A stretch of 64,000 bases of DNA from a virus (IMGVR_UViG_3300011405_000002:1451-65450); one strand, 5' to 3'. Positions 1-9,968 are shown, counted from the first letter of the stretch. Numbers and translations: made by a program. Notes: generated by a model from the sequence alone, not told the origin.

Positions 1-3000
1 GGCGCACGGAAGGCGGGCTACTCCGACGCCGAAATCCTCACTCACCTGACGTCCACCCGGAAGTTTGACGTCGCTGGAGCTCGTAAATCCGGGTACAACG
101 ACACCGAGATCATCGATTACCTCTCGAAATCGAAGGCACCGACGAAGCAATCCAGTGTCTTCAGCTCAATCTTGGACCGTTCCACGAGGAACAGAACTGC
201 CGATGTTGCAGTTAAACGGCTTGAGGAAGAACCGCTGTACCGGAAAGAGGCGATTGCCGATCGCACAGCGGAACTGTCTCGGCAGACAGGAAAGCCTGTC
301 GTTACTGCCGCACATCCTGACGACACTCTATTCGGTGGGTTGAAAGAGCAGTTCGTTGATCCTTTGTATCGTCCGGCCCAGGAAGCGAAGCTTGCCATCG
401 AAGGGATCGAGGACTCGGAACTCGCATACAGTCCAGACAAAGAACCCATTCGCTACCAATTGGCCGCTGGCCTCTCTGCTGGCCGCAAGAAGGCCCTCGA
501 AGTCATCACCGACGTTGGACTCGACCCGATCAACCTGCTGCCTCTGGGGACGCTCCTGAGCAAAGGACGGCCTGCTTTAAGACTCGTAGCGGATCTTCTT
601 TTTGTAGGGGTCCAGGAAGTTGGGGCGGTAAAGGCACTTCGTGACGGGCGATATGACGACGCAGCGATCCAACAGGCATTCGCTCTTTTCGGTCTTGCTG
701 GTGCCCGGCATCTTTCGGAGGGGCGCAAGAAACTGATCTTCGAGGAAGCTCGCGGCATGGAGCGCGCGCGGACTGATGCACAGATTCAGACCGATGCTGG
801 GTTCTATCGGAAACTCGCTGAAGATGTGAAGGTTAAGGCAACTGGAGATGTGGCTCAGTTCGAACGGTTGAAGCAGAAGGCGGAAGCGCCTCCAGAAAGC
901 ACGGCTCCATTCACCGATGAACAGAGGCAGACGATCGGGGAGGAGTGGCGAAGGGCGAAAGAATCCGGTGAAGTCTCGGAGATGCCTGTCGAGCAAGCAT
1001 CCGTCCCGGCGGCGGCTGAGGAATCAACGACTTCGCAAGTAGCCGCCCCTCCTGTTCCAAAGCCCGTATCCACCACAAAGACCCTCTACTCCGACCTCGG
1101 GAAGATTCGCGAGCATCCGGCCAAAGGGAACACGGAACCGACTCAGGAGCAGGCGATCGAGTACATCGAGCAGATTCGGGCAGCCGCTGAAACCCATTTA
1201 CCTGAAGCACTTTCCAGCGTTGAAGCAGCGGAGCAGGCCATTCAAGCTGGCGACATGCCGGGGTTCGTAAAGGCTGCGGAGGAAGCCCGTGGGAAGCTTC
1301 GTGCGTCATACGGTGAGCGCCTGGCCGCAGACGAGGCAGCACGGCAAGGGGTTGATCTCCCGCCAAAGCGTGAATCGACCGTCTCCAGTGCCGCTCCTTC
1401 TACCTTCGAACAAATTGCGGAAGATGCTGCAGTTACCTACATGGACAACTGGGCGGATGAGGTGATTGCGGCCGACACGGCGTTGTCAGGAAAAGCGCAG
1501 CGTCTTGAGAACGAGGTGGGTCGCAACTACGAAGACCCTACCGACGAAGGGGCTGGAGTTCGAAGGTTTGGCGGCGGCTACAAAGAGAGTACGCCGTTGG
1601 AGAAATTCACCCAGAACCCAGGGGTTCTCGCCAAAGCCATCAAAAACAAGAAGGGCCGGCTGTATGAAGAGATCAAGCAGGCTTTCCTGGCGGATGTGGT
1701 CGAGCATGAACGGACAGATATCGAGCACGCTCTGACTCTCGAGCGTAAGGCGCGCGGTGAAAAGATCCCGGAAGGCGATCTTGCCGATCCTATACCTGCG
1801 GATGCCGACCTGTCCTTCGACTTTGGCGATTCGATGATGGAATCCCTGAGCAACATGGAAACTGCGGCAAAGGAACGCCTGAAGGCGCGCGGAGAGAAAG
1901 GGCGGCTTGGATCCGAAAAGGGTGCCAGCCCGATTCTCGATGATCTAAACGACTTAATCACCATCGGAGTGGCAAAGATCGGTAAGGGAACCATCCGATT
2001 CACCCGGTGGTCCGCTGAGATGATCGCAGAGTTTGGGGACAGGATCCGTCCGCATCTGCAGGATATCTACAGCAAGAGCCTGGAGCGGGCCCGCGAACTC
2101 AAGAACTTCAGCGCCGACGAATACTTCAACTTCAAGCGGGTGAACCTGAGCGAAGTTGAGAAGCAGCGGTTGATCGATCGCGTGACGGAAGAGACCATGG
2201 CGACCGGCCGGGTTCCGAAAGAGAAGATCACCTTTGACGAGGTTCGTGAAGAGGCTCGGCAGATTGCTGGCGACGACATCCTGAAGTATGTGGAGCAGGC
2301 ACGCAAGGGGGCTACCGAGTACCGGGCGGCGCGCTTTGCCATGCGCCAAAGAATCAACAGTTTGAGTTCTGAGGTTGTGGGCTTGCGGCAGAAGGTTGCG
2401 GAGTTAGGTGGCGTGGATCCCGCACAAGCCATGAATCTCGAGCGAGAACTACTCGTGAAGGAATCTGATCTTTCAGCCCTCCTCGACTCTCACATGAGGA
2501 TTCGGTCGGAAGAAGGCCGAAATCTCGCCATTAATCGGATGGAAGCCGATTCAACGTGGGATACAGCTTACTGGCTGAACCGGGCCCGGCAGGCAGAAGG
2601 ATTGCCGCCTGGAATGCCGCCTTCCGATAAAGTACGCAATGAGATTCAAACTATTATTGACGAAGGCCATCGGGCGCAAACTGAGTTGGACGACGCTATC
2701 CGTGTCGAAACGACCTGGGGCACGCAGCAGGAATTCCCTCCACCTCAGACTCCTCCGTTTGTACCGAAGGCGCCGACTCCAAGCCCGGATATCCCCTCGA
2801 CGCCAGTGCAAACGACCTGGGGAACCCAGCCGCCGCTTGTACCTGTGCCTCCACCGCTGCCGACTGGTGGAACCCTTGGGCCGCCGCCTCCAGCCGTTCG
2901 GGCGCGTGTCACACGGGCGCGCAGGGCGGTCCAGGTGGCTCGGCAGAACATGGCTGCGACAGTCACCAAACTTCAAAAGAGTGGCTGGTTGGAAACGATC

Positions 3001-4746
3001 TCGTCTCTCAGGAAGGCCGGACTGTTCGGTGTCTTCACCCGGGTTCGCAACGTCGGCGCCAACGCAGCCTTTCAGGTGGCCGAAGAGGTGTCCAGACTGC
3101 CGGCCGTTCTGGTAGACATGGCCATGAGTCTCGGCGGTTCTGACCGCCAGGTGCAGGGAATCAGTCCGCGCGCCGTGGCAAAGTCTGGCTATTACGCCGC
3201 CACACAGGGGTTGCGCGATGCTGCCGATGCCATTCGATACGGTGTCACGACCAACGAACTCGGCAAGGTCGAGGTTCAAAAGCCTCTCAATTCTGGAATC
3301 GGATGGCTGGATAAGTTTGCAAACTTCCAGTTCCGGGAGATGGCGGCAGAGGATCGGATCTTCAAGTCGTACGCTTTTCGACGTTCGCTCGAGGAACAGC
3401 TTTGGTTGGAGTCTCGGCGCACAGGCCAGCCGATGCCTTCAGAGACGCAGATTCAATCCTCGATTCAGGCAGCCAAGATGCGCGGCCAGGGATCGGGAGT
3501 GTCGGCTCCTTTGACTCCCAACGAGACGATGATTGCCAATGCAATCTCTTATGCGGAATATGCGACGTTCAACAATAGGAACATCCTCGCTCAGACCTTC
3601 GTGAATAACCCGAAGCGCGCAGCCTTTGCGAGTCCGAGTCCTGCACTGAATGCGGCCGGTGCTGCCCTCGATTTGATCGTGCCGTTTGCTAACACCCCGG
3701 CAAATGTCATCGCCAGGCAGTTCGATTACACCCCACTTGGATCTCTCCCGCGGATGGCTTTAGCGCTCAAAGGTAATGAGCGGCGGACGTTCGAACTGGC
3801 CATGGGGCGAGGGATGACCGGAACCGCCCTGATCTACCTTGGGTGGAAGCTTTCCGAGAAGGGGCTGGCGACTGGAACTTGGGAGGAAGAGGCGGGGCAG
3901 CGGAACGTTGCAGAGGCTGCCGGCAGAACGCCGGGCGCCGTGCGGATTGGCGATCGATGGATTGGAACTGGCCAGCTTGCGCCTGCTGGAAGCTTGGTCA
4001 TGGTGGGTGCGGCTCTCCAAAGGGAAGCCACGCAGCCTTTGAAGAACGAACTGATGCGGCCGGGCAAGGTTGGCGCGATTGCAACCAAAGCAGCGATGGA
4101 ACAGCCGTTTCTTGCGGGTATGTCGAATCTCGTCGAAGCGCTGCAGAATCCCGGGAACCGCGGTGAACGTTTCGCTTCCGGCATGGTCGGGAGTTTTGTT
4201 CCGACGTATCTCTCGGAAATCTCAGCAGGGTTCGACCCGTACTTGCGAGATGCCCGGCCTGAAGGAACCGGCGAGATGCTCTACAAGGGTGCGCAGGCTC
4301 GGACGCCCGGGCGATTCTCACTGCCTCCACGACTTGACGTGCTCGGCCAGGAGCGAGGTAATGCTACGGTTGGTTCTCAGGCTCTTGAGATGTCCAGCGC
4401 AATTCGAAATGAACTGCAGTCCAACAACATCAGCATCGGATTTCCGCAACGGAAACCGGACGAGACTGCCACCACGTACCGTCTTCGTTCTCAGTTTGTT
4501 GGCAGGCTGATCGATGAGAAGGTCCGTGGTGTGTTGAGGCGTCCAGGATATCCCGCAGCCTCCACCGAGAAACGTCGGGAATGGCTCGACAAGGCCGTCG
4601 CCGATGCCCGCGAGCAGGCTTCACAGACATTGGAGCGCACATTTAAAACGGACGAAGCGCACGAAAAGTTCCTAATCCAGCAGATCGAAAGGGTAGAATC
4701 GCGGCTGAAGGTGCGGCCGACTGTGCCAATAACTCCGCGGAGGTAA
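1..4746 (+). CDS. Very large internal virion / DNA-ejection-type protein (large polyvalent protein, LPD38-like C-terminus); 5' end lies outside the window
   Basis: Frame 1 is open from base 1 (GARKAGYSDAEILTHL...GARKSGYNDTEIIDYL) into the 1524-aa ORF. It is helical and Ala/Glu/Arg-rich, with a Pro-rich linker and a C-terminal FANTPANV...TG...IGDRW region. It follows the ejection genes at the window end if the genome is circular. Confidence 0.65.
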   Translation, partial: GARKAGYSDAEILTHLTSTRKFDVAGARKSGYNDTEIIDYLSKSKAPTKQSSVFSSILDRSTRNRTADVAVKRLEEEPLYRKEAIADRTAELSRQTGKPVVTAAHPDDTLFGGLKEQFVDPLYRPAQEAKLAIEGIEDSELAYSPDKEPIRYQLAAGLSAGRKKALEVITDVGLDPINLLPLGTLLSKGRPALRLVADLLFVGVQEVGAVKALRDGRYDDAAIQQAFALFGLAGARHLSEGRKKLIFEEARGMERARTDAQIQTDAGFYRKLAEDVKVKATGDVAQFERLKQKAEAPPESTAPFTDEQRQTIGEEWRRAKESGEVSEMPVEQASVPAAAEESTTSQVAAPPVPKPVSTTKTLYSDLGKIREHPAKGNTEPTQEQAIEYIEQIRAAAETHLPEALSSVEAAEQAIQAGDMPGFVKAAEEARGKLRASYGERLAADEAARQGVDLPPKRESTVSSAAPSTFEQIAEDAAVTYMDNWADEVIAADTALSGKAQRLENEVGRNYEDPTDEGAGVRRFGGGYKESTPLEKFTQNPGVLAKAIKNKKGRLYEEIKQAFLADVVEHERTDIEHALTLERKARGEKIPEGDLADPIPADADLSFDFGDSMMESLSNMETAAKERLKARGEKGRLGSEKGASPILDDLNDLITIGVAKIGKGTIRFTRWSAEMIAEFGDRIRPHLQDIYSKSLERARELKNFSADEYFNFKRVNLSEVEKQRLIDRVTEETMATGRVPKEKITFDEVREEARQIAGDDILKYVEQARKGATEYRAARFAMRQRINSLSSEVVGLRQKVAELGGVDPAQAMNLERELLVKESDLSALLDSHMRIRSEEGRNLAINRMEADSTWDTAYWLNRARQAEGLPPGMPPSDKVRNEIQTIIDEGHRAQTELDDAIRVETTWGTQQEFPPPQTPPFVPKAPTPSPDIPSTPVQTTWGTQPPLVPVPPPLPTGGTLGPPPPAVRARVTRARRAVQVARQNMAATVTKLQKSGWLETISSLRKAGLFGVFTRVRNVGANAAFQVAEEVSRLPAVLVDMAMSLGGSDRQVQGISPRAVAKSGYYAATQGLRDAADAIRYGVTTNELGKVEVQKPLNSGIGWLDKFANFQFREMAAEDRIFKSYAFRRSLEEQLWLESRRTGQPMPSETQIQSSIQAAKMRGQGSGVSAPLTPNETMIANAISYAEYATFNNRNILAQTFVNNPKRAAFASPSPALNAAGAALDLIVPFANTPANVIARQFDYTPLGSLPRMALALKGNERRTFELAMGRGMTGTALIYLGWKLSEKGLATGTWEEEAGQRNVAEAAGRTPGAVRIGDRWIGTGQLAPAGSLVMVGAALQREATQPLKNELMRPGKVGAIATKAAMEQPFLAGMSNLVEALQNPGNRGERFASGMVGSFVPTYLSEISAGFDPYLRDARPEGTGEMLYKGAQARTPGRFSLPPRLDVLGQERGNATVGSQALEMSSAIRNELQSNNISIGFPQRKPDETATTYRLRSQFVGRLIDEKVRGVLRRPGYPAASTEKRREWLDKAVADAREQASQTLERTFKTDEAHEKFLIQQIERVESRLKVRPTVPITPRR

Positions 4747-4753
4747 GTAGCTA

Positions 4754-5122
4754 GTGAAGCGATATTTAACACGTAGGAAATGTGTTGGTGTCTCTGTCGC
4801 AGGAGGCTTCTTCTCTCTCATGGTGATGCTTTGGTGCATCGCTGCGCTAAATATCTCGGCCCAAGCTCAGACTGTTGACGGGCTGCAGATCCAGCTAAAT
4901 GGGGTACGCGATATGGCTCGCGACAACGCGGCCGATATCAAACTTCTCAGTGCCCAGGTCGGGAGAAACAGCGAGGATATATCGCGGCTTACAGGTAGCG
5001 TGACAGAACTAGTCGCAGCATCGAACAAGCTGTATGGCATTGGTTTAGTTATCGGGGCTCTCGGTGGAATCATCTTTATCTTCCAGTCCGTGACTCTTGT
5101 GAAGCAGCGACGGGCAGCCTGA
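4754..5122 (+). CDS. Membrane protein (N-terminal TM/signal, coiled coil, C-terminal TM), holin/XhlA-like
   Basis: Two hydrophobic segments flank a heptad region; last gene of the rightward late unit. Confidence 0.5.
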   Translation: MKRYLTRRKCVGVSVAGGFFSLMVMLWCIAALNISAQAQTVDGLQIQLNGVRDMARDNAADIKLLSAQVGRNSEDISRLTGSVTELVAASNKLYGIGLVIGALGGIIFIFQSVTLVKQRRAA

Positions 5123-5123
5123 T

Positions 5124-5582
5124 CTATTCCGAAGTGGCGAGATAGGTCTCTATGATTCTTTCAGGCTCAGGGGTTGTATCTTCTGAAATCCGTTTTGTTC
5201 GCTTCGCTCGCAATGGAATCATGACGCCTCGCGTTCCTCCGCACTTCCACTCTTCCGATCGGTGAAACGCTATCCGGTTCTCTTCTAATGTCCCGTTGAT
5301 CGTGCTCGCGAGGCGCCGGCACTTCGGATCATGGCAGGCTATATGGGTAGGATCGACCCTGATTCCTTCACCGGGAGCCACGTCAAACCCGCATACTGCG
5401 CAGTGACCCCCGGAACGCACAAACCCAACACGCTTGCAGTAGACGTGCTCAGTGGTGGCTTCTCTTTCCTGTCTTGCTCGAATCCTCGCCTTTCTTTCCA
5501 TGAAGTTCCTCAGCGGCTTTCCTGTGAGGTACTTCAACGTCGGATGCACTACTGACAGAACTGGTGGAAGCTTTTTTGGCAT
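5124..5582 (-). CDS. Hypothetical Cys-rich (Zn-binding) protein
   Basis: CAVC...CHDPKC motifs; converges on the late unit; start uncertain. Confidence 0.45.
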   Translation of the reverse strand: MPKKLPPVLSVVHPTLKYLTGKPLRNFMERKARIRARQEREATTEHVYCKRVGFVRSGGHCAVCGFDVAPGEGIRVDPTHIACHDPKCRRLASTINGTLEENRIAFHRSEEWKCGGTRGVMIPLRAKRTKRISEDTTPEPERIIETYLATSE

Positions 5583-5739
5583 GGGATTCTCCGGTCTCTA
5601 ATCCGTGAGCCTGTTTCGCAAAGTTCGCAATACGCTCAAGCGCTGCCGGTATCTCCTGATCGCTCGGCGCAAAGCCGCTCAGTACAACCTGCAGTTCATC
5701 GCGCAGAGTTTCCAGAATGATTCGTGTTTCCGGTTTCAT
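5449..5739 (-). CDS. Hypothetical protein
   Basis: ATG overlaps the upstream TGA; the 3' part overlaps the 5124-5582 ORF. Confidence 0.4.
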   Translation of the reverse strand: MKPETRIILETLRDELQVVLSGFAPSDQEIPAALERIANFAKQAHGLETGESHAKKASTSSVSSASDVEVPHRKAAEELHGKKGEDSSKTGKRSHH

Positions 5740-5909
5740 GTGGTCTCCTTGGGCTTGATTACGAAGACGAGTGAGCCGTCTTCTAGTAAATCCATTGTCA
5801 CTACGATATTCCCATCGAATGCCAGGCGGTTCAAAGTTTTATCGCGGGCACTACTGTTGGGACTAAGAATCACGCGAGTTTCTCCGTTTATCTTGAACTC
5901 AACGTTCAC
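5736..5909 (-). CDS. Small hypothetical protein (57 aa, not in ORF track)
   Basis: Hand translation MNVEFKINGETRVILSP...KPKETT; 4-bp overlaps with both neighbours. Confidence 0.5.
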   Translation of the reverse strand: MNVEFKINGETRVILSPNSSARDKTLNRLAFDGNIVVTMDLLEDGSLVFVIKPKETT

Positions 5910-6508
5910 GCCTTCGCTCCTTTTCTCTTTGCCACCTTGGGCGGCTTCTTCACGGTTTCTAAAACTTCGATTTGAAAGTCAGTCAACCATTGAGGCTCGG
6001 CATCCCAGTACTGCCCGATCTTGGCCAGGCCAAACGCATCTGCAAGGTTGTCGCTCGAGAGATCAACGCCCCATCGCTTGTAGACTTCCTTGACGATGGT
6101 GTTCTTTTCCGCGTTCCCTTTACCGGCGATGAACTTCTTGAGGCTCGTCGGCGCCACCTCGATCGGCCGCTGGCCCAGTTCTCTCAGGTGATAGCGAACG
6201 ATGCCTCCAAGCTCCGCGATCGCTCTGGAGTACGCCATGTGCGCAGAGAAGGCGTATCCCTCGATCAGCACGCGCGTCTCTTCTTGGGCGCACAGCCCTA
6301 CTGTCTGTCGAATCAAGTCCCAGCGAGCAAAGATGTCTGTTGGAGTGGGGCTCACGAGGATCCCGAGATAAAACATTCCTTCGGTCGACTGCTTGATCTG
6401 TGGCAGTGCTGGTGGAATGCGTCGACTCACCTTGTCGATGGCAGACTGCTCAGGAGAAAGCAGCGCCAGTCCGGTTCCTGAGAGAGAAAGGTCAATGCCC
6501 AGAATCAC
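5906..6508 (-). CDS. ruvC: RuvC-like Holliday junction resolvase
   Basis: ILGIDLSLSGTG, IEGYAF, PTSLKKFIAGKGNAEK and DNLADAFG motifs; GTG start inferred at 6508. Confidence 0.85.
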   Translation of the reverse strand: MILGIDLSLSGTGLALLSPEQSAIDKVSRRIPPALPQIKQSTEGMFYLGILVSPTPTDIFARWDLIRQTVGLCAQEETRVLIEGYAFSAHMAYSRAIAELGGIVRYHLRELGQRPIEVAPTSLKKFIAGKGNAEKNTIVKEVYKRWGVDLSSDNLADAFGLAKIGQYWDAEPQWLTDFQIEVLETVKKPPKVAKRKGAKA

Positions 6509-6695
6509 GTAGTTTCCTTTCGCGTTCCTTCTCGTAGCCACGCTCCCAAGCTCTTGCCTTGGAGATATCTGAGTAAGGAACCTGGTTGATGCCGCGGTTA
6601 CGGTGATAGGCGAGGCGTCCCTGTTCGAATGCGGCAGTGAGTGTTGCTGAAACGCCATTGCCTCTAACGGTTCTTCCGAGAGTGTCGCGCTTCAT
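6492..6695 (-). CDS. Small protein resembling the Rmf/CrpP family
   Basis: FEQGRLAY...PY...RAWERGY pattern. Confidence 0.4.
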   Translation of the reverse strand: MKRDTLGRTVRGNGVSATLTAAFEQGRLAYHRNRGINQVPYSDISKARAWERGYEKERERKLRDSGH

Positions 6696-6919
6696 TTCAG
6701 AGGCACTCCCTGGATGGCGACTTCGAAAGAGTCGGGCGCTGTATCGAACATGAGGCCATGTTCCTCACATAAGGGAACACTGAATCCGGTTCCACGATTT
6801 CCGCCTTCCATCAACCGTGTCGTCGTCTTAGGCTTCGGGCACAATGCCATCGTTCCGCGCACCAGCAGGGCTGCACAGAACTCGTTCGTCTCGTTTACTG
6901 GGGATTCGCCGACGTCCAT
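6692..6919 (-). CDS. Small Zn-finger protein
   Basis: FCAAL...LCP...LCEEH; ATG at 6919, just after the upstream stop. Confidence 0.45.
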   Translation of the reverse strand: MDVGESPVNETNEFCAALLVRGTMALCPKPKTTTRLMEGGNRGTGFSVPLCEEHGLMFDTAPDSFEVAIQGVPLK

Positions 6920-6920
6920 G

Positions 6921-7166
6921 CTACTTCTCCAGTGTGTCGAACTGTTTGAGGAGAGGTGTGTCGGCAGTGTCGTCGACCGTGAAGAACTTGCCATCCTCGG
7001 AAAGAACGGCAGTCTTCGGGTCGATGTTTGCAACCTTGCACAGAGTACCGGCCATCTCAACAACCTTGAACTTGGCAACGGCAACAGCACCCTGCGCCTT
7101 CGTCACTTCGTCGATCAGGGCTTTCAGATTCGCAGCCTCTATCGGATCAATTGAGCAAACTTTCAT
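6921..7166 (-). CDS. Hypothetical protein
   Basis: 81-aa ORF with an upstream AGGAG-type RBS; a similar ORF lies at 12460-12708. Confidence 0.6.
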   Translation of the reverse strand: MKVCSIDPIEAANLKALIDEVTKAQGAVAVAKFKVVEMAGTLCKVANIDPKTAVLSEDGKFFTVDDTADTPLLKQFDTLEK

Positions 7167-7380
7167 AATTCTCCTGTGTTTATGAACCCGAACTTTGGGA
7201 GCCCGGGTCCACGTTGGAAGATTGAGAATGGTGGGGTTTGGGGAGGGAAGTCATATCAATAGCCATTTCAGTACGGCGCACATCTTGGACGTTGGATCGT
7301 GAGGAATGCAGCGGTCGACCGCCAGCGATGTCAGCAGCGCGAGCACCGCTACGATCAACGCTGTAATGGACAGCCAGAGG

Positions 7381-7515
7381 CTATACCGTTTCATCATCCT
7401 TCTTCTCCACCATCCTGGACTTTGCTTTTGCCCATCCGGCCAGACACTTGGGGCACAGCGGCGGCATCTCCGCTTCTTCTTCGTGATCGCAGCCGGGGCA
7501 AATGTAGGTCGTCAT
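7381..7515 (-). CDS. Tiny Zn-ribbon protein (44 aa)
   Basis: MTTYICPGCDH...LCPKC; ATGA overlap with the exonuclease stop. Confidence 0.55.
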   Translation of the reverse strand: MTTYICPGCDHEEEAEMPPLCPKCLAGWAKAKSRMVEKKDDETV

Positions 7516-8114
7516 TGCGCTGCCTCGAATTCGAACAACGCGAGGTCTTTCGTTAGTACCTTGAAGATTTTCATGGTGGTCTTTACGTCGAACATCGCGT
7601 CGTGAGCCTGAGCGTTGATCTCTGCCAGAGTCACAAGGCCCATGTGCTCGGCGACCGTCATCAACTGGAAGTTGGGGAGCAGGTGCCGTTCCTGCATCAG
7701 CCGGATCCCGGCAAGCTTCGACACGTCGAGAATCGGCCAGAAAAACCAACTGCCGAAATATGGGTCTCCTGCCTTCAGGAACCAGGCGCGGATCATGTCG
7801 GCGTCAAAGTCGGCGTTATACCCTACGAAGTGCGCCTTGTCTTTCCGGTCGAACTTGTCGATGTGCTTGCCAAGCATGCCGGTGAATTCCTTGTATCCGG
7901 CCATCGCTGGTTGATACGTCTCGATCTGAGTGACCGTGACTTTGTTGACGTCCAACGCCTCCTGCTCAACCGTATCTTTCTCGAACGGCTGCATCCGAAT
8001 GTTGAACGTCTCGCAAAGTTTCCGATCGTCGTACAGCGTTCCAGCGATCTGGATCAGTCCGTGCTTCTGCGGATCGGTGCCAGTGGTCTCGCAGTCGATA
8101 AAAACGCTTTTCAC
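7512..8114 (-). CDS. DEDDh 3'-5' exonuclease (DnaQ/Pol III epsilon-like)
   Basis: FIDCETTG (ExoI), GYNADFD (ExoII), AHDAMFD (ExoIII). Confidence 0.9.
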   Translation of the reverse strand: MKSVFIDCETTGTDPQKHGLIQIAGTLYDDRKLCETFNIRMQPFEKDTVEQEALDVNKVTVTQIETYQPAMAGYKEFTGMLGKHIDKFDRKDKAHFVGYNADFDADMIRAWFLKAGDPYFGSWFFWPILDVSKLAGIRLMQERHLLPNFQLMTVAEHMGLVTLAEINAQAHDAMFDVKTTMKIFKVLTKDLALFEFEAAQ

Positions 8115-8467
8115 AGTGTCAACCCTCTCCGATGGACTTCAGCCATCATTGACCGAAAACATTGGAACCGATGCATCAGGTACTCATCGCCGTCAAGTTT
8201 CATGATGCCGAAAGCCTCTGACTCGCAAGCGTCCGCGGCACCATCTGGAGCGTTGGCGATGTATCGCCCCATCCGGCTCAGTTCCGCCATCTGGTATTTG
8301 ATCTGATTCCGACGAAGGAAACGAATCGTGTTCATCAGGTGCGAGTCTGCCATTGCCGTGATTGCAATGACTCGATGGTCACGAGTGATCCACACGTCGC
8401 AGGCGTCCGCTGATTTCCACGGGCTGCCGCCAAGCAGTTCTTCGTATTCGCCTTCTGACATTTCCAT
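8111..8467 (-). CDS. Hypothetical protein
   Basis: W.TRDHRVI.I..M.DSHL.NTIRFL pattern common in phage small proteins; 4-bp overlap with the next gene. Confidence 0.6.
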   Translation of the reverse strand: MEMSEGEYEELLGGSPWKSADACDVWITRDHRVIAITAMADSHLMNTIRFLRRNQIKYQMAELSRMGRYIANAPDGAADACESEAFGIMKLDGDEYLMHRFQCFRSMMAEVHRRGLTL

Positions 8468-8477
8468 AGCGAGACTC

Positions 8478-9578
8478 CTACTGATTAACCTTCGTGATCT
8501 TCATCTCAAACTTGCCGACAGGATCTTTCTTTTGAAACTGAAGTTTCGTCTTGTCGTCAGGGAAAACGAGCGTCGTGTTTCCGATCCATCGCGCTTCGAT
8601 CAGGAAATCGCCAGCGATGATCTGCTTCTTGTTCTTGTCCTTGAACGTCTTCGGCGTTCTGACCTTCAGGTACTCCGCGAGGTCATCGTGCGCGTGGTCG
8701 TAAAGCAGGTGTGATTCCTTCACCGTCTCGTGCTGCTCCAGCAGGGCGAGCATGGTCTCATCCGTGATGATGTCGGCCCCATCGTAGGACACGGGAGGAT
8801 TGCACGCGCTGCCGAAGTAGGGACACTTCCGGCATTCGGAAGGATCGTCGATGAACGGAGGCATCTGTCCTTCCTTCATGTGAGCGAGTTGCGCATCGAG
8901 ACCTTCCACGTCAGAAGGAAGTTTCCTGTACCATTCCCGGGCATCCATCGCCACCTCGGCCCGGTTCAGGAAGTCCTCGATGCGTTCGTGGTTCCCGTTC
9001 TCCCATAGTTTGACTTCCAAGAGGAGTGGCAGTCCGTTCCGGTCCAGCAACATGAACCCCAGGTCGATGTTCATGGCCAGCATGTACGCAAGCAACTGGT
9101 GAGCTCCCGATCGCGTCCAACGTCCCTCAAAGAGATCCTCGAACTTCTTCACCTTGGCGACGAGGTTAGGATTCCAGGACTTCACTTCCAGGGGGTGACG
9201 TGTGCGGTCGAACTGCAGTTGGGCGTCCACCTTCCCTACGATCACCACTCGCCCTTTGTGGTCTCGGAGTTCGAACCGTTCCTCGGCGCCCACAAGTTCG
9301 AATTGAGGGGTAGCATTTCTGCCGGCGCGGGCAAGGTCGGAACGCAGGTCGCGCTCCCGATCCTTTCCACGGCGAAAGTTTGCTAGGGTGGTAGTTTCGA
9401 ACGGCTTCACGATACCCGGCGTAATCATGTCGAGAGCCATCTGGCGCGTGCATAAACGCCACGAACTGGCATAGACGTACTCCCGGCTCTTTTGCTGGGA
9501 TCGACGCTCCTCTGTCTCAATGAAGGACTCATACGCCTTCGAGATTGATTCGGCGATGCTGACGGCTTCGGTGCTCAA
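8478..9578 (-). CDS. Cas4/RecB-like PD-(D/E)XK exonuclease
   Basis: ASSWRLC, GKVD, LEVKS, QLLAY and C-terminal CRKCPYFGSAC (split four-Cys cluster); TTG start overlapping the upstream TGA inferred. Confidence 0.8.
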   Translation of the reverse strand: MSTEAVSIAESISKAYESFIETEERRSQQKSREYVYASSWRLCTRQMALDMITPGIVKPFETTTLANFRRGKDRERDLRSDLARAGRNATPQFELVGAEERFELRDHKGRVVIVGKVDAQLQFDRTRHPLEVKSWNPNLVAKVKKFEDLFEGRWTRSGAHQLLAYMLAMNIDLGFMLLDRNGLPLLLEVKLWENGNHERIEDFLNRAEVAMDAREWYRKLPSDVEGLDAQLAHMKEGQMPPFIDDPSECRKCPYFGSACNPPVSYDGADIITDETMLALLEQHETVKESHLLYDHAHDDLAEYLKVRTPKTFKDKNKKQIIAGDFLIEARWIGNTTLVFPDDKTKLQFQKKDPVGKFEMKITKVNQ

Positions 9579-9799
9579 GGCTGTGCCTCCTGCGCTTGCG
9601 GCGGTGTATCCGTAGGTAGCGGAACTTGTGCTGTCGCCGTCTTTCTTTGCTTCCGTTTCTCTTCGGCGGCGCGATCGGCCTCTCGAACTTCGAGCACAGC
9701 TTCGTACCAAGTTCCGAGTTCAACCTGCTCGTCTGGTGACAGGTCAGAAAGGATCGTTTCTTTCAGTCGTTGCAGTGCGGGTTTCGGTGTTCGTGCCAT
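9575..9799 (-). CDS. Hypothetical protein
   Basis: MARTPKP...; AAGGAG RBS. Confidence 0.55.
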   Translation of the reverse strand: MARTPKPALQRLKETILSDLSPDEQVELGTWYEAVLEVREADRAAEEKRKQRKTATAQVPLPTDTPPQAQEAQP

Positions 9800-9821
9800 G
9801 GGTCTCCTTTTCAATTGTGAA

Positions 9822-9968
9822 TCGTGCTGCGCTGTCCCCCGGGTATCCCCTGAGACATCGCGGATTTCGCTGCATCGCCATTTGGCGACTTCGCTGCTCC
9901 AGTGAAACGCCGGTTAGCGCTTTTACGAATCCGACCGGACGCACCGTCTATCGCGAAACGCAGCACGA
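9822..9968 (-). ncRNA. Candidate structured intergenic RNA
   Basis: Perfect 10-bp terminal inverted repeat (9822-9831 / 9959-9968) enclosing several hairpins and filling the intergenic gap. Confidence 0.4.
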
